Source: Squalus acanthias (taxonomy: Eukaryota). Taken from it: a stretch of 64,000 bases of DNA. Position numbers and translations under genes: made by a program. The stretch lies in contig CM059432.1 of NCBI GenBank assembly GCA_030390025.1, positions 131,132,001 through 131,196,000 of the forward strand, in the 5' to 3' direction. Below the pieces are notes generated by a model, which did not search any database, was not told where the DNA came from, and saw only the letters and a list, made by a program, of their open reading frames with translations. This document shows, piece by piece, positions 12,417 to 25,815 of the stretch (position 1 is its first letter; each line of letters starts with the position of its first letter).

Positions 12417-15400
12417 AGAAACATAGAAACATAGAAGATAGGAGCAGGAGTAGGCCATTCGGCCCCTCGAGCCTGCTCCGCCATTCAATGCGATCATGGC
12501 TGATCATCCAAATTCAGTACCCTGTCCCTGCTTTCTCCCCATATCCCTTGATCCCCTTAGCCTTAAGAAATATATCTAACTCCTTCTTGAATATATTTAA
12601 TGAATTGGACTCAACTGTCTTCTGTGGTAGAGAATTCCACAGCTTCACCACTCTCTGGGTGAAGAAATTCCTCCTCATCTCAGTCCTAAATGGCTTACCC
12701 CTTATCCTTAGACTGTGACCCCTGGTTCTGGACTCCCCCGCCATCGGGAACATCCTTCCTGCATCTAGTCTGTCTAGTCCTGTTAGAATTTTATAAGTTT
12801 CAATGTGATCCCCTCTCATTCTTCTAAACTCCAGCGAATACAAGCCCAATCGACCCAATCTCTCTTCATACGTCATTCCTGCCATCCCAGGTATCAGTCT
12901 GGTGAATCTTCGCCGCACTCTCTCCATGGCAAGAACATCCTTCCTCAGATAAGGCGATCAAAACTGCACACAATACTCAAGGTGTGGTCTCACCAAGGCC
13001 TTGTACAACTGCAGCAAGACATCCTTGCTCCTGTACTCGAATCCTCTCGCTATGAAGGCCAACATACCATTTGCCTTCTTAACCGCCTGCTGCACCTGCA
13101 TGCTTACCTTCAGCGACTGGTGCACAAGGACACCCAGGTCTCGTTGCACTTCCCCTTTTCCCAATCTATTGGCATTCAGATAATAATCTGCCTTCCTGTT
13201 TTTGCCACCAAAGTGGATAACCTCGCATTTATCCACATTATACTGCATCTGCCATGCATCTGCCCAATCACCCAACCTATCCAAATCATACTGGAGTTTC
13301 TCTGCATCCTCCTCACAGCACACACGCCCACCCAGCTTTGTGTCGTCTGCAAACTTGGAGATATTACATCTAGTTCCCTCGTCTAGATCATTAATATATA
13401 TTGTGAATAACTGAGGTCCTAGTACCGATCCCTGCGGTACCCCGCTAGTCACTGCCTGCCACTCGGAAAAAAACCCGTTTATTCCAACTCTTTGCTTCCT
13501 GTCTGCCAACCAGTTTTCTATCCCAAGACAGTACCTTACCCCCAATCCCGTGTGCTTTAACTTTGCACGCTAATCTCTTATGCGGGACCTTATCGAAAGC
13601 CTTCTGGAAGTCCAAATACACCACTTCCACTGGTTCTCCCTTATCTATTCTACCAGTTACATCCTCAAAAAATTCCAGTAGATTAGTCAAGCATGATTTA
13701 CCTTTTGTAAATCCATGTTGACTTTGTCCGATCCTGTCACTGTTTTCCAAGTGCTCTGCTATTACATCTTTTATCATGGACTCTAGCATTTTCCCCACTA
13801 CCGATGTCAGGCTTACCGGTCTATCATTCCCCATTTTCTCTCTACCACCTTTTTTAAATAGTGGGTGTCATAAATCGCAAGTAACAACTCAGGAAGTACT
13901 ACTGGGCGGCCAGCTGGGGCGCCGTCCAGGGAGTATAAATACTCAGGCATGGGCCCACCTTGGGCAGAGACAATCTGGAAACAGGAAGCTAGTGACTGCT
14001 AACTAGACCTCCATGTTTTGTTACAAGTTGATTAAAGCCTTGCTTTATGTTCAAGTGCGTAGTGAGTCTTTATTACGTCAGTGGGGTTACATTAGCTACC
14101 CTCCAATCCATGGGAACTGTTCCAGAGTCTATAGAATTTTGGAAGGTGACCAGCAATGCATCTACTATTTCTAGGGCCACTTCCTTAAGTACCCTAGGAT
14201 GTAGATTATCAGGCCCTGGGGATTTATCGGCCTTCAATCCCGTCAATTTCCCTAACACCATTTCCCTACAAATACTGATTTCATTCAGTTCCTCCCTCTC
14301 ATTAGACCCTATGTTGCCCGACATCTCTGGGAGGTTATTTGTGTCCTCCTTTGTGAAGACAGAACCAAAGTATGTATTTAATTGGTCTGCTACTTCTTTG
14401 TTCCCCATTATAAATTCCCCTGATTCTGACTGCAAGGGACCTACGCTTGATTTCACCAATTTTTTTCTCTTCACATATCTATAGAAGCTTTTACAGTCAG
14501 TTTTTATGTTCCCTGCAAGCTTACTCTCATACTCTATTTTCCCCCTCTTAATTAATCCCTTTGTCCTCCTTTGCTGAATCCTAAACTGCTCCCAATCCTC
14601 AAGTTTGCTGCTTTTTCTGGCCAATTTATATGTCCTCTCCTTGGATCTTATGCTATCCCTAATTTCCCTTGTTAGCCACGGTTGAGTCACCTTTTTTGTT
14701 TTATTTTTATGCCAAACAGGGATGAACAAATTCTGCAGTTCATTCATGCAATCTTTAAATGTTTGCCATTGCCTATCCACCGTCAACCCTTTGAGTAGCG
14801 TTCCCCGATCCATCCTAGCCAACTCGCGCCTCATACCATCGTAGTTTCCTTTATTTAAATTCAGGACCCTAGTCTCTGAGTCAACTACTTCACTCTCCAT
14901 TTTAATGAAGAATTCTATCATATTATGATCGCTCCTCCCCAAGGGGCCTCGCACAACAAGATTGCTAATTAATCCTTTCTTATTACATAATACCCAGTCT
15001 AAGATGGCCTGCTCTCCAGTTGGTTCCTCGACATATTGGTCCAGGAAACCATCCCGTATACACTCTAGGAATTCCTCCTCCACAGTATTGTTACTAATTT
15101 GGTTAGCCCAATGTATATGTAGATTAAAGTCACCCATGATAACTGCTGTGCCCTTATTGCACGCGTCTCTAATTTCCCGTTTAATGCCATCCCCAACCTC
15201 AGCATTACTGTTTGGGGGTCTGTATACAACTCCCACTAACGTTTTCTGCCCCTTGGTATTTCTCAGCTCTACCCATACAGATTCCACATCATCAGAGCTA
15301 ATAACCTTCCTTACTATTGTGTTAATCTCCTCTTTAACCAGCAATGCTACCCCACCTCCTTTTCCTTTTTGCCTGTCCTTCCTGAATATTGAATTCCCCT

Positions 15401-16066
15401 GGATGTTGAATTCCCAGCCTTGGTCACCCTGGAGCCATGTCTCCGTAATCCCAATTATATCATATCCGTTTACATCTATTTGCGCAGCTAATTCATCCAC
15501 CTTATTACGAATGCTCCTCGCATTAAGACACACAGCCTTCAGGCTTGTTTTTTTAACACTCTTAGACCATTTAGAATTATTGTTTACTGTGGCCATGTTT
15601 GATTTACACCCTTGATTTCTCTGCCTTCCACTTTTGTTTTTCTCCTCCCTGTCTTGTGTTTCTATCCTTGCTTCCCTTTCCTTTGTCTCCCTGCACAGGT
15701 TCCCAACCCCCTGCCATTTTAGTTTAAACCCTCCCCAACAGCATTAGCAAACACTCCCCCTTGGACATCGGTCCTGGTCCTGCCCAGGTGCAAACCATCC
15801 AGTTTGTACTGGTCCTACCTCCCCCAGAACTGGTTCCAATGTCCCAGGAATTTGAATCCCTCCCCCTTGCACAATTCTTCTAGCCACGTATTCATCTGAA
15901 ATATCCTTCTATTTCTACTCTGACTAGTACGTGGCACTGGTAGCAATCCTGAGATTACTACCTTTGAGGTCCTATTTTTTAATTTACCTCCTAACTCCCT
16001 ATATTCAGCTTTTAGGACCTCTTCCCGTTTTTTACCTATATCGTTGGTACCTATATGTACCATGAC
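12417..16066 (-). mobile_element. 5'-truncated CR1 LINE (ORF1 esterase end, disrupted ORF2 15596-12514)
   Basis: ORFs 15815..16063, 14073..15596 (APE), 13445..13834, 12958..13545 (FADD), 12514..12927. Tail (TTCTATGT)n at about 12417. Confidence 0.92.
13866..14080 (+). mobile_element. Solo LTR (215 bp)
   Basis: TGTCATAA...TTACGTCA termini, 5-bp TSD GTGGG, TATAAA at about 13934, ATTAAA at about 14031. Interrupts CR1 ORF2. Confidence 0.8.
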
Positions 16067-16353
16067 ACCCCGGTGGTGCCCCCTTCCTTTCCGTCTGCTG
16101 CAATCAATGACAGGGAGAGTGGAACGTTTTCCAGTCGGTAAGGGACTGGGGGAGCGCTATTTAAAGGCGCCCTCTTCCTGCCTTTTTTTGTGGGAGACAT
16201 TTTTGCACCACTCATTCTGACAGAGAGAGAGAGATTCTGAGAGACAGAGACTTCTGCAGAGAGTCAACGCTGTGTGAAGTGGTTTTGGCTACTGAGCAGC
16301 ACTTTGCAGATTCTTTTGAATTTGACCTTCATTACTTCGATTGTCAACAGACT

Positions 16354-17220
16354 ATGGGGGCTGCACTGATTCGGGGCGTCGTCCTGCAGAATCGGAGGCA
16401 TCAGAGACGCAGAGAGAGAGTGGCAATCATGGCCAGAGGGAGGAGGGCCAACAGGCCTCTGAACAGGAGACCTTACCCTCCCAGGGTATTTCAGGAATAA
16501 TTCTCCTACATTCATTTGTCTGAGGAGCAGTGTTTGCGCAGGCTGCGCTTCAGCAAGGAGGTGGTCACTGAGCTCTGCCACCTGCTGCAGCCAGATCTGC
16601 AGCCTCAACTGAGGACCAGGACGTCTCTGTCAGTGGCAGTGAAGGTCACAGTGGCTCTGAATTTTTATGCTACCAGCTCCTTTCAAGCTGCTACTGGGGA
16701 CATCGCCAATATCTCCCAGTTTGCGGTCCATTGCTGTATCCGGGAGGTCACAAATGCCCTCTATAATAGGAGATGCCAGAACATCTCTTTCCCGATGACC
16801 CGGGCCAAACAGCATGAACACGCATTGGGCTTTGCGAGGATAGCGGGCTTCCCCATGGTGCAGGGCGCCATTGACTGCACGCATGTGGTATTGCGGGCAC
16901 CGCATGAGAATGCAGAGGTTTTCTGAAACAGCAAGGGGTTCCACTCCTTAAATGTCCAGTTGGTCTGTGACCACAGACAGCTGATACTCGCTGTCAAAGC
17001 CCGCTATCCTGGCAGCAGCCACGATGCTTTCATCCTGCGCCAGACTGGTGTCCCAGAGCTTTTCCAGGCAGTGCATCAGCCAAGTGGTTGGCTCCTCGGG
17101 GACAAGGGTTATCCACTCTGCACCTGGCTGATGACACCGCTCCGTAACCCCAACACCCCTGCTGAGCTACGGTACAATGAGAGCCATCTCGCCACCAGGA
17201 ACATCATTGAGCAGACGATC
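16354..17220 (+). pseudogene. Harbinger DDE transposase (HARBI1-like family) with two in-frame stops, 3'-truncated
   Basis: MGAALIRG...; [53 protein letters not shown]. Stops at 16498 and 16924. Confidence 0.92.
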
Positions 17221-18596
17221 ATGAGAGCAGTCTGAGATTGGATCACGGCAGCCAGTGACTGAATTGCAGCACTAAGCATTTGCGTGGCGTCCACCTGTGC
17301 TCCACACTCCTTGCCAGTGCATCAATGCTTTCGGGCACCCTTCCCACTGCACCCATGAGCTGAGTGTGCATGTCCACTGCCTGGGTGTTCATTTCAGCGA
17401 TGAGCCGCTCCTCCTCTGCGTCCAGTGCAGCAGGACTCGCTGGCCTACTCTCGCTCCGGGGAGAAGGCCCCTGAGCTTCCCTACCCCCATCGCGTTGCTG
17501 CAGCCCGCTGGGTCCTGGAGCTTCACCCTCATCAGACCCTTCCCTCCTGCTCCCCTCCAGGGAAGACGTGGTCCCAGTGTGGGCATGGGCTTCCTCGGGA
17601 GTGGGTGGCACTGAGGCTCCGGCTTCCTCTTCCTCCTCGCCTGCGGCTTCGCTCCCACTGGCAGCTTGAGGGCCCATCTCCTCAGCTGGTGAATCACCAT
17701 CTGAAAGCAGGGAGGTACAAGAGTGGCTTTAGTGTGAGGACAGGGAGACAGTAAGGGAGGAAGGACTGGAGCGATTTAGTAAGTTGGATTGAAAGTGTAA
17801 AAGGCTGGTGTTGTGAGGGACAAGTGGAATGAGAGAGGAGAGAACGCTGATGACCTTACCATTGCTGTCCCGAACGGGGTCGGCCTCTCCAGGGGCGACG
17901 GGACCGATCACCTGGCTTGCCACAATCCTGTGGACGCGTGCCTCAAGATCGCTGAGGGGTTGCAGCTGAGGCGGCCCTCCACCCGTCCATTGCTGCTGTC
18001 TCCTGTTGTGAGATAGCTTGGACTGCAAGAAAAAGGATGGCGTCTCAATAAATATGCAGCCATGGTCTTGCCTGATGTGCCTCCCATATTTGAATAGCTC
18101 TTAATGTATGCAGCCATGGTCTTGCCTGATGTGCCTCCCGTAGTTGAACAGCCCTTAATGTATGCAGCCATGGTCTTGCCTGATGTGCCTCCCATAGTTG
18201 AATAGCCCTTAATGTATGCAAGGTGTGGAATGTGCATGTGTGTTTTATGAGATGGCCATAGGTCTTGGATGAGTATTGGGCTTTGGGGTTTTAATACCCT
18301 CTGGCCATAGAGTGAGGTTGAGATGGAGGGATGGAGAGGTATTAAAAGCAGCCACTCACCCTGACGACCCAAGTGAGGTCGTTGAACTTTTTGCGACATT
18401 GTATATGGGTCCTGGGCACCATGCTCCTGGAGGACACGTGATGAGCCACCTCCCTCCACACTCTTCTGTAGTCGCGCGGCAATGGCCTTCTGCCACTCTC
18501 AGGGTACAGTATAGCTCTTCGGCGCTCCACCGCGCCAACCAGAGCCTCCAAGGCCCGGTCGCTGAAGCGCTGAGCTCGTTCCCTGACCCCCTCCAT
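17221..18596 (-). pseudogene. Harbinger Myb/SANT-like DNA-binding gene, 3 exons (18596-18360, 18022-17860, 17700-about 17221), 3'-truncated
   Basis: RFSDRALEALV...WREVA...RTHIQCRKKFNDL. Donors GTGAGT and GTAAGG with CAG acceptors; phases 0 and 1 keep the frame. Confidence 0.88.
18053..18220. repeat. 54-bp tandem repeat (about 3 copies) in Myb gene intron 1
   Basis: CATGGTCTTGCCTGATGTGCCTCCC at 18061, 18115 and 18169. Confidence 0.9.
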
Positions 18597-19548
18597 AGTC
18601 CTTGGCTGGAAAATTTAGGCACAGGTCTGTCCACGACGAGATTCAAGCCTGCAATGAGCAGGGTGTGGCCAGAGAGCAAAATCGACCCTCCCCTTTAAGA
18701 ACTGGCCGGCGCCAGTGTGTCTGTGTTCCATTGCTAACTGACATCACCTGAGCTTCGCCCGCGCTCTGAGTTAGCGCCTCGCTCCTCGGCCTTTGCGCCT
18801 TAAGACAGATGTGTAGCACCTGATTTAGCGCTCCAATCACCTCCAAGGGCGATAAAAGCCAAGTTTGCCGTCGGAGGCGATAATTAACGCCAGGCGCTAA
18901 ACTTTATGCCTGGCCGATAATTGCGCCCCAAACGGGGCGATACCGAATTTCTCCCCCTAAGATTCTAGATTTAGGTAAGGCCAACTTTAACGGGATGAGG
19001 GAGAGACTGTCCACAGTAAACTGGGCAAATCTGTTCATGGGTAAAATGACAGAAGATCAGCGGGTGATGTTTAAAAAAGAATTTAAGGTGATACAGAACC
19101 AGTTTACCCCTGAGGGGCAAGAGCTCTAGTTGCCAAAAAAACCAGCCATGGACAACTAAAGAGGTAAAGGACAGCATAAAACTAAAGGAAAGGGCATACA
19201 AAAATGCAAAATATAGCACAGATCCTGGCGAATGGGAAAGATACAAAGAACAGCAAAGGATCACAAAACAGATAGTAAGAGCTATATAAAGGGAGTATGA
19301 AAAGAAACTTGCAAGGGATATCAAAATCAATATGAAGAATTTTTACAGTTACATCAGGAAAAAGAGGATGGTCAGGAGCAATATTGGCCCCTTAAAAACT
19401 GAAAGTGGTGATATTGTCAATGACAATAGGGAAATGACGGACATGTTGAATAATTACTTTTTGTCAGTATTTACAGTAGAAGAAGAGGATAGCATGCCGG
19501 AAATCCCAAAGAAACTAATTGAATCAGGGACAGGGACTCATTAAAATT

Positions 19549-19920
19549 AACAACAACAACAACAACTTGTATTTATATAGCGCCTTTAACGTAGTAAAAC
19601 GTCCCAAGGCGCTTCACAGGAGTATTTTAAGACAAAAAATTTGACACCGATCCACATAAGGATAAATTAGGGCAGGTGACCAAAAGCTTGGTCAAAGAGG
19701 TAGGTTTTAAGGAGCGTCTTAAAGGAGGAAAGAGAGGTAGCGAGGCTGACAGGTTTAGGCAGGGAATTCCAGAGCTTAGGGCCTAGGCAACAGAAGGCAC
19801 GGCCACCAAAGGTTGAGCGATTATAATCCTCGAGGGCAGAACTGGAGGAGCGCAGATATCCCGGGGGTGGGGGGGGGTGGGGTTGTGGGGCTGAAGGAGA
19901 TTACAGAGATAGGAAGGGGC
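19549..19920 (-). mobile_element. L2 LINE 3' fragment in CR1 ORF2
   Basis: Same sequence family as 11871-12147, with (TTG)n tail. Confidence 0.8.
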
Positions 19921-22599
19921 GTAAGTAAAATAACAGTAATGAAGAAAATAATGGCACTAAAGAGTGACAGATACCCAGGGCCAGATGGTTTCTATCCCAG
20001 GGTTTTAAAGGAAGTAGGTGAGCACATTGCAGATGCCCTACCTATAATCTTCCAAAGTTCTCTAGATTTAGGAACCTTCCCTTTAGATTGGAAAATTGTG
20101 CATGTCACTCTGCTTTTTAAGAATGGCGAGAGAGGGAAACCAGGGAATTATAGACCAGTTTAGCCTAACATCTGTTGTTAGGAAATTGCTAGAGTCTATA
20201 ATTAAGGATAGGGTGACTGAACACCTTGAAAATTTTCAGTTGATCAGAGAGAGCCAGCATGGATTTGTGAAAGGTAGGTCTTGCCTGACAAACCTGATTG
20301 AATTTTTTGAAGAGGTGACAAAAGTAGTGGACAGGGGAATGTCTATGGATGTTATTTATATGGACTTCCAGAAGGCATTTGATAAAGTCCCACATAAGAG
20401 ACTGTTATCTAAGGTAGAAGCCCATGGAGCTGAGGGCAAATTATTGACCTGGTTAGGAAATTGGCTGAACGGCAGGAGACAGAGTAGGGATAATGGGTAC
20501 GTACTCAATTTGGCAGGATGTGAATTGTGGTGTCCCGCAGGGATCTGTGTTGGGGCCTCAACTATTCACAATATTTATTAACGACTTAGATGATGGCATC
20601 GAAAGTCATATATCCAGATTTGCCAATGACACAAAGATAGGCGGCATTATTGGCAGTGTAGATGAAAGCATAAAATTACAAAGGGATATTAATAGATTAA
20701 GTGAATGGGCAAAACTGTGGCAAATGGATTTCAATCTAAGCAAATGTGAGGTCATCCACTTTGGACCTAAAAAGGATAGAACAGGGTACTTTCTAAATGG
20801 TGAAAAGCTAAAAACAGTGGATGTCCAAAGAGACTTGGGGGTTCAGGTACATAGGTCATTAAAATGTCATGAACAGGTACAGAAAATAATCAAAAAAGGC
20901 TAATGAAATGCTGGCCTTTATATCTAGAGGACTAGAGTACAAGGGGGTAGAAGTTATGCTGCAGCTATACAAAACCCTGGTTAGACCACACCTGGAGTAC
21001 TGTGAGCAGTATTGGGCACCACACCTTAGGAAGGATATCTTGGCCTTGGAGGGAGTGCAGCATAGGTTTACCAGAATGATACCCGGACTTCAAGGGGTAA
21101 GTTACAAGGAGAGATTACACAAATTAGGGTTGTATTGCCTCAAATTTAGAAGGTTAAGGGGTGATCTGATTGAAATTTTCAGGATATTAAGGGGAACAGA
21201 TAGGATCGATAGAGAGAAACTATTTCCGCTGGTTGGGGATTCTAGGACTGGGGGCATAGTCTAAAAATTAGAGGCAGGCCTTTCAGGAGCGAAATTCGGA
21301 AACACTTCTACATACAAAGGGTGGTAGAAGTTTGGAACTCTCTTCCACAAACAGCAGTTGATGCTAGATCAATTGTTAATTTTAAATTCTGATTGATAGC
21401 TTTTTGTTCACCAAAGGTATTAAGGGATATGGGCCAAAGGTGGGTATATGGAGTTAGATCGCAGATCAGCCACAATTTCACTGAATGGTGGAACAGGCTC
21501 AAGGGGCTGAATGGCCTACTCCTGTTCCTATGTTCCTCTGTTCCCTCCAAATCACACACCATCCTGTATTGAATAAATATCACTTTTTTCACCACCGTTA
21601 GTTAGGGAGTTCCAGGAAATTGACCCAACACTATTATTGGAAGTAGAATCAACACAAGGACTCTAGTGGTTCAAGGAGTGGAAGGCCCACAGTCACCTTC
21701 TCAGGGAAAATAAGGATGGCCAATCAATGAAGCATTGCTTGCATCCCAAGTACAAGTTTAAAAAAATATGCTAATGCAACTAGTGCAGTCCCGCTGCGAG
21801 GCTGAAGAAAAGGAGTTCAGGTATGAAGGATCATAATAAATGGAGAATACCTGCTGGGTGATATGTTTCCAAACTTACCCATGCCAATGCCTGCCATTAC
21901 TTCTCTCCCAAAAAATGGGAGGGCCATCTCCTCATGTGAGGCCAGCTATTCCAGGATGGGTAATCTTACACCTTCCTGGGCCTATTCCTACAGTTGTGGC
22001 CTTCAAACGAACACAACAAAGACAATTATATAGGGAACTCCCTGAGCACCCAAACAGCACCCCAGACCCGAGGACCTCTGTCTCAAGGCAAATTCTTTGC
22101 AAATGAACTAGCATAGTATTTCTGGTGGCAGCACTCAATGTGAGCAAAACTTGGAACTTCTTTGAGCTTTACTGTAACTGTGCTCTAATCTTCTGCTGTA
22201 TGCAAAAGTGCTGTGATAAAGGCACTGTTCGCTACATGCTCTCTCTCTCTGAGGGGTTAGGAGAGAAACAGATACTCTTGGGACATGCCTTCCATGTCAA
22301 AGAGCAAGCAAAAGAGGATATATTTATCTTGTCAATTCACCAGATTAGCCAAAAACATGCACCTCCATCTTTACAGAGAATGGCATTCTGTCCTGAAAGG
22401 AGCCATCCTTTTTTGCTGCACCTTTTTCAGCAGGGCCTCCAGGTCAGTAAAAGAGGCAGCTTTGTCCAGATTTCTCATTTGAGACATTCTCTGCACCGCC
22501 TGTCTTCAAAAATAGTTGCCTTTCCTTTGGAGGCTAGCTGCTATCCTTTGAGAGCTGCTGTCATTCTAAGTCCAAGCCAATTGCATTCCTATCCTGACT

Positions 22600-23150
22600 T
22601 CCTGCTCATGCTTTCTATGTGCAAGAAACCGAGGCTTTCAAAACCCCCATCAGCCCCACCAAACAAAAAATACCCTCGATCCCTCTGTCCTTGCTAACTG
22701 CCACCCTATCTCCAACCTGGCTTTCCTTTCCAAAGTCCTGAAACATGTTGTTACCTCCCAGGTCCTTACCCATATCTCCTGTAACTTCCTGTTTGAATCT
22801 CTCCAATCACCAGCTTTCCACCTCTCCGATAGCGCTGATGTGGCCCTAACCAAAGTCACAAAGGACATCCTCTGTGACTGTATCCAGGGTACATTATCCT
22901 TTCTTTGATATGGTCGACTGCACCATCTTCTTCCAATGCCTCTCCTTCAGTGTCCAGCAATGTGGAACTGAACTTGCTTGGTTCCATTGTTACCTATCCA
23001 ATTGTAGTAAGGATCTCTTCCAATGGCTTCTCTTCCCATCCCAGCAATTTCACCTTGGGAATCCCCCAAGGATCCTTGCCCTATCCGCTTCCTCATCTAC
23101 ATGCTGCCTTTTGGTGACATTTGCTTTTCCTGTCAGACTGTTTGTCTGAC
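22600..23150 (+). mobile_element. Degenerate L2 RT fragment
   Basis: Remnants PISNLAFLSKVLKHVV and GIPQGS. Confidence 0.55.
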
Positions 23151-23592
23151 ATCCAGGAAAATCAGTGCAATTTACTTCCTGGTTTGCTGTCTGTGAAAAT
23201 TCTTCAGTGTGATTGGCTGCTTAGCCAGCTTGATGACATAATGTTGCTAGACATTGGCGATCCACTAGGCTTGGGGTCAGATTCAAATTAACGTCGGGAG
23301 AGGTGAAATCGACGCCACAGAGATCGCTAAATCTTTGTAATCAGCTTTCTTCGAGGTCAGCGGCGAGCGCCATCACTTCGTCACTGACCGCAAAATCCAG
23401 GCCAATGTTTTAGTCATTGCACATTAATGCATTGCATTTTTTGTTTCATTCTTCTAGCATATGTGGACTCATGAAAGTTATGTTAAAAGTAACTACCAAC
23501 AAAGAAATGTTGTACGTTGTAACAATGCATATGATGCTTTCCAGCCATGTAGCCCAATCCCTGACTTGTTTGGTTTTTAATATGTTTTTTAG

Positions 23593-23743
23593 GTTGCACG
23601 TAATTGGCATATTGACGTAGCTTCCTTTTTAATAGAAAGAGGAGCTATAGTAGACTACGCTGATAAATATGGCCGAACTCCACTCCATGTTGCTGCAGCC
23701 TTGAACTACGTTGAAATGATCATGTTGTTATTACAACACAATG
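23593..23743 (+). CDS. Host gene exon B: VARNWHIDVASFLIERGAIVDYADKYGRTPLHVAAALNYVEMIMLLLQHN
   Basis: TTTTTTAG acceptor and GTAAAG donor. 151 nt, phase 0/1. Canonical ankyrin GRTPLHVAA motif. Confidence 0.9.
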
Positions 23744-24046
23744 GTAAAGATGCAGCTTATGGATGCAAAATGTGAATTTCATGCCTTACTAGTTTTTAGC
23801 AAATTAGAACTATACCACAGTCTTAAACTGCTCTTATGTAGTGCTGGTGCTTTGTGATGTGCCTCATTGTGTTTCTGATTTTGGGCACGCTAACTGGGAT
23901 AGGGTAACACAATTGGAATACCTTCCAAAATTCCAGGGGGTCATTGATTGCACCCTTGTTGCCATGTGGGCCAATGTGCAAAAGAGGGTTTAATATCAAT
24001 GTCCAGTGATGCAGGTGATGCCTGTGTTTCCAGGAGCTCTCACAAT

Positions 24047-24211
24047 CAACGTTCCCGCTAAGCTGCGCAGCTGAGCAGCGGTCTGGAGGTCCCGCGCGCA
24101 GGCCGCTCAACGGCTTTTACATTGAAGAAACCGCGCATGCGCGAAAATTTGAATGGGCCATGCAGCCAGTTAAAGGGGCCGCACACACAAAAAAAATTAG
24201 AGGGAATATTG
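24047..24211. mobile_element. hAT MITE
   Basis: TIR CAACGTTCCCGCTAA / TTAGAGGGAATATTG. 8-bp TSD CTCACAAT. Confidence 0.85.
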
Positions 24212-24914
24212 CTCACAATACCTTCAGTGTAAGGTAATCAAATGTGTCTCCTCTATTTGTTGTAGGGGTTGGAAGATTGGAAGCATGGGTCCTGGGAGGC
24301 AGACCAAGACTACCCTCTGCAACCATGAATCATGCATGACACACTTGCACAAGCTAAGGGCAGAAGCAGAGCAGAGATAGAATGAAGTTCATAATATAAC
24401 CAGATTGATTATTAAACATGTACTATTGCGATTTTAAAGCAAAGGTTTGGGTATCTTGACTGATTTTGGAGCCGCCTTATAGTACACTCCTTCTAGGGTC
24501 TTGCAAATAATTTCAACTTGCTGCATGCTCCATAACTTTGCCCTGCAAAGAGGCCTCACCATGGAGGTTGGAGAACGAGATTGTGATGCCATGGCACAGC
24601 ATGAGGTAAAAGTGACCAAGGATTGGTTACTGAACCACCAGTGCAGCATGGATTAGTGTGCCAAGCAGACTCGCCTTTCTAAAATCACCTCCTGTGCAGC
24701 TCTTCAGTTACTATCTATTCCCATCTTTTGTTGTGCTTCTACTTTATTCAGCAGAAAGTTCAAATCTGTTACTGAATTAATGGTTTTGCGACAATGTGCT
24801 AATGGATTGTGTGTGACATGTAACGCCTAATATTGTAGCTTTTCAGGTTTAAAATCTATTTGAAATAACCTACAAAGCACATTCAGTAGTGTATACCTGA
24901 TCTACTTCTGATCT

Positions 24915-25815
24915 CGTCATAGAATCATAGAATGATGCTGCACAGAAGGAGACCATTTGGCTCATCGTGCATGTGCCGGCTCTTTGAGGTATCCATATAG
25001 TCCCACTCCCCTGCCTTTCCTCTTGGCCCTGAAAGTTTTTCCTCTTCAAGTGTTTATCCAATTCCCTTTTCAAAGATTATTATTGAAAATGCTTCCACCA
25101 ACCTTTCAGGCAGTGCATTCTAGATCATAACAACTCGCCGTGTAAAAATAAATTCTCCTCATATTGCATCTGGTTCCTTTGCCAGTTACCTTAAATCTGT
25201 GTCCTCTGGTTACCAACCCTTCTGCCACTGGAAACAGTTTCTCCTTATTTAGTCTATCAAAACACTTCATGATTTTGAACGCCTCTATCAAATCTCCCCT
25301 TAACCTTCTCTGCTCTAGGGAGAACAACCCCAGCTTCTCTAGACTCTCCATGTAACTGCGGTCTCTCATCCCTGGTACCATTCTAGTAAATCTCCTCTGC
25401 ACCCTCTCTAAGGCCTTTACTTCCTTCCTAAAGTGTGGTGCCCTGAATTGGACACAATACTCCAGCTGGGGCCTAAACAGTGATTTAGAAAGGTTTTAGC
25501 ATAACTTCCTTGCTTTTGTACTGTATGCCTCTGTTTATAAACCCAAGGATTCCATATGCCTTTTTAACAGCCTTCTCAACTTGTCTTGCCACCTTCAAAG
25601 ATTTGTGTACGCACACCCAGGTTTCTCCGTTCCTGCACCCCCTTTAAAATTGTACCATTTAGTTTATATTGCCTCTCCTCATTCTTCCTACCAAAATGAA
25701 TCACTTCACATTTCTCTGAGTTAAATTTCACCTGCCATGTGTCTGCCCATTTCACCAGTCTATTTATGTCCTCCTGAAGTCTGCTACTATCCTCCTCACT
25801 GTTTACTACATTTGA
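24915..25815 (-). mobile_element. CR1 3' fragment
   Basis: ORFs 25106..25402 and 25576..25884 are RT C-terminal. (ATTCTATG)n tail near 24920. Confidence 0.85.

Larger units (their letters stand above)
12237..18957. mobile_element. PIF/Harbinger transposon with convergent transposase and Myb/SANT genes, central deletion, and a nested CR1
   Basis: TIR GGGGGAAAAATTCGG / CCGAATTTCTCCCCC, TSD TAA. Host CR1 reads TATK|ILDL across the insertion. Confidence 0.92.
7874..21540 (+). mobile_element. Full-length CR1 LINE (5' monomer array, ORF1, APE-RT ORF2, 3' tail) carrying nested insertions
   Basis: Flanking direct repeat TTCCCTC at 7867-7873 and 21541-21547. ORF2 pieces read continuously across the insertions: YTNARCIRNK, SDHNM, GFVKGRSCLTNL, GVPQGSVLGP, RPHLEYC. 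Tail CCTGTTCCTATGTTCC. Confidence 0.9.

Noticed and set aside
16354..17220. Domesticated HARBI1/NAIF1 genes
   Set aside because: Bounded by TIRs and TSD, with stops and truncation, so these are transposon copies.
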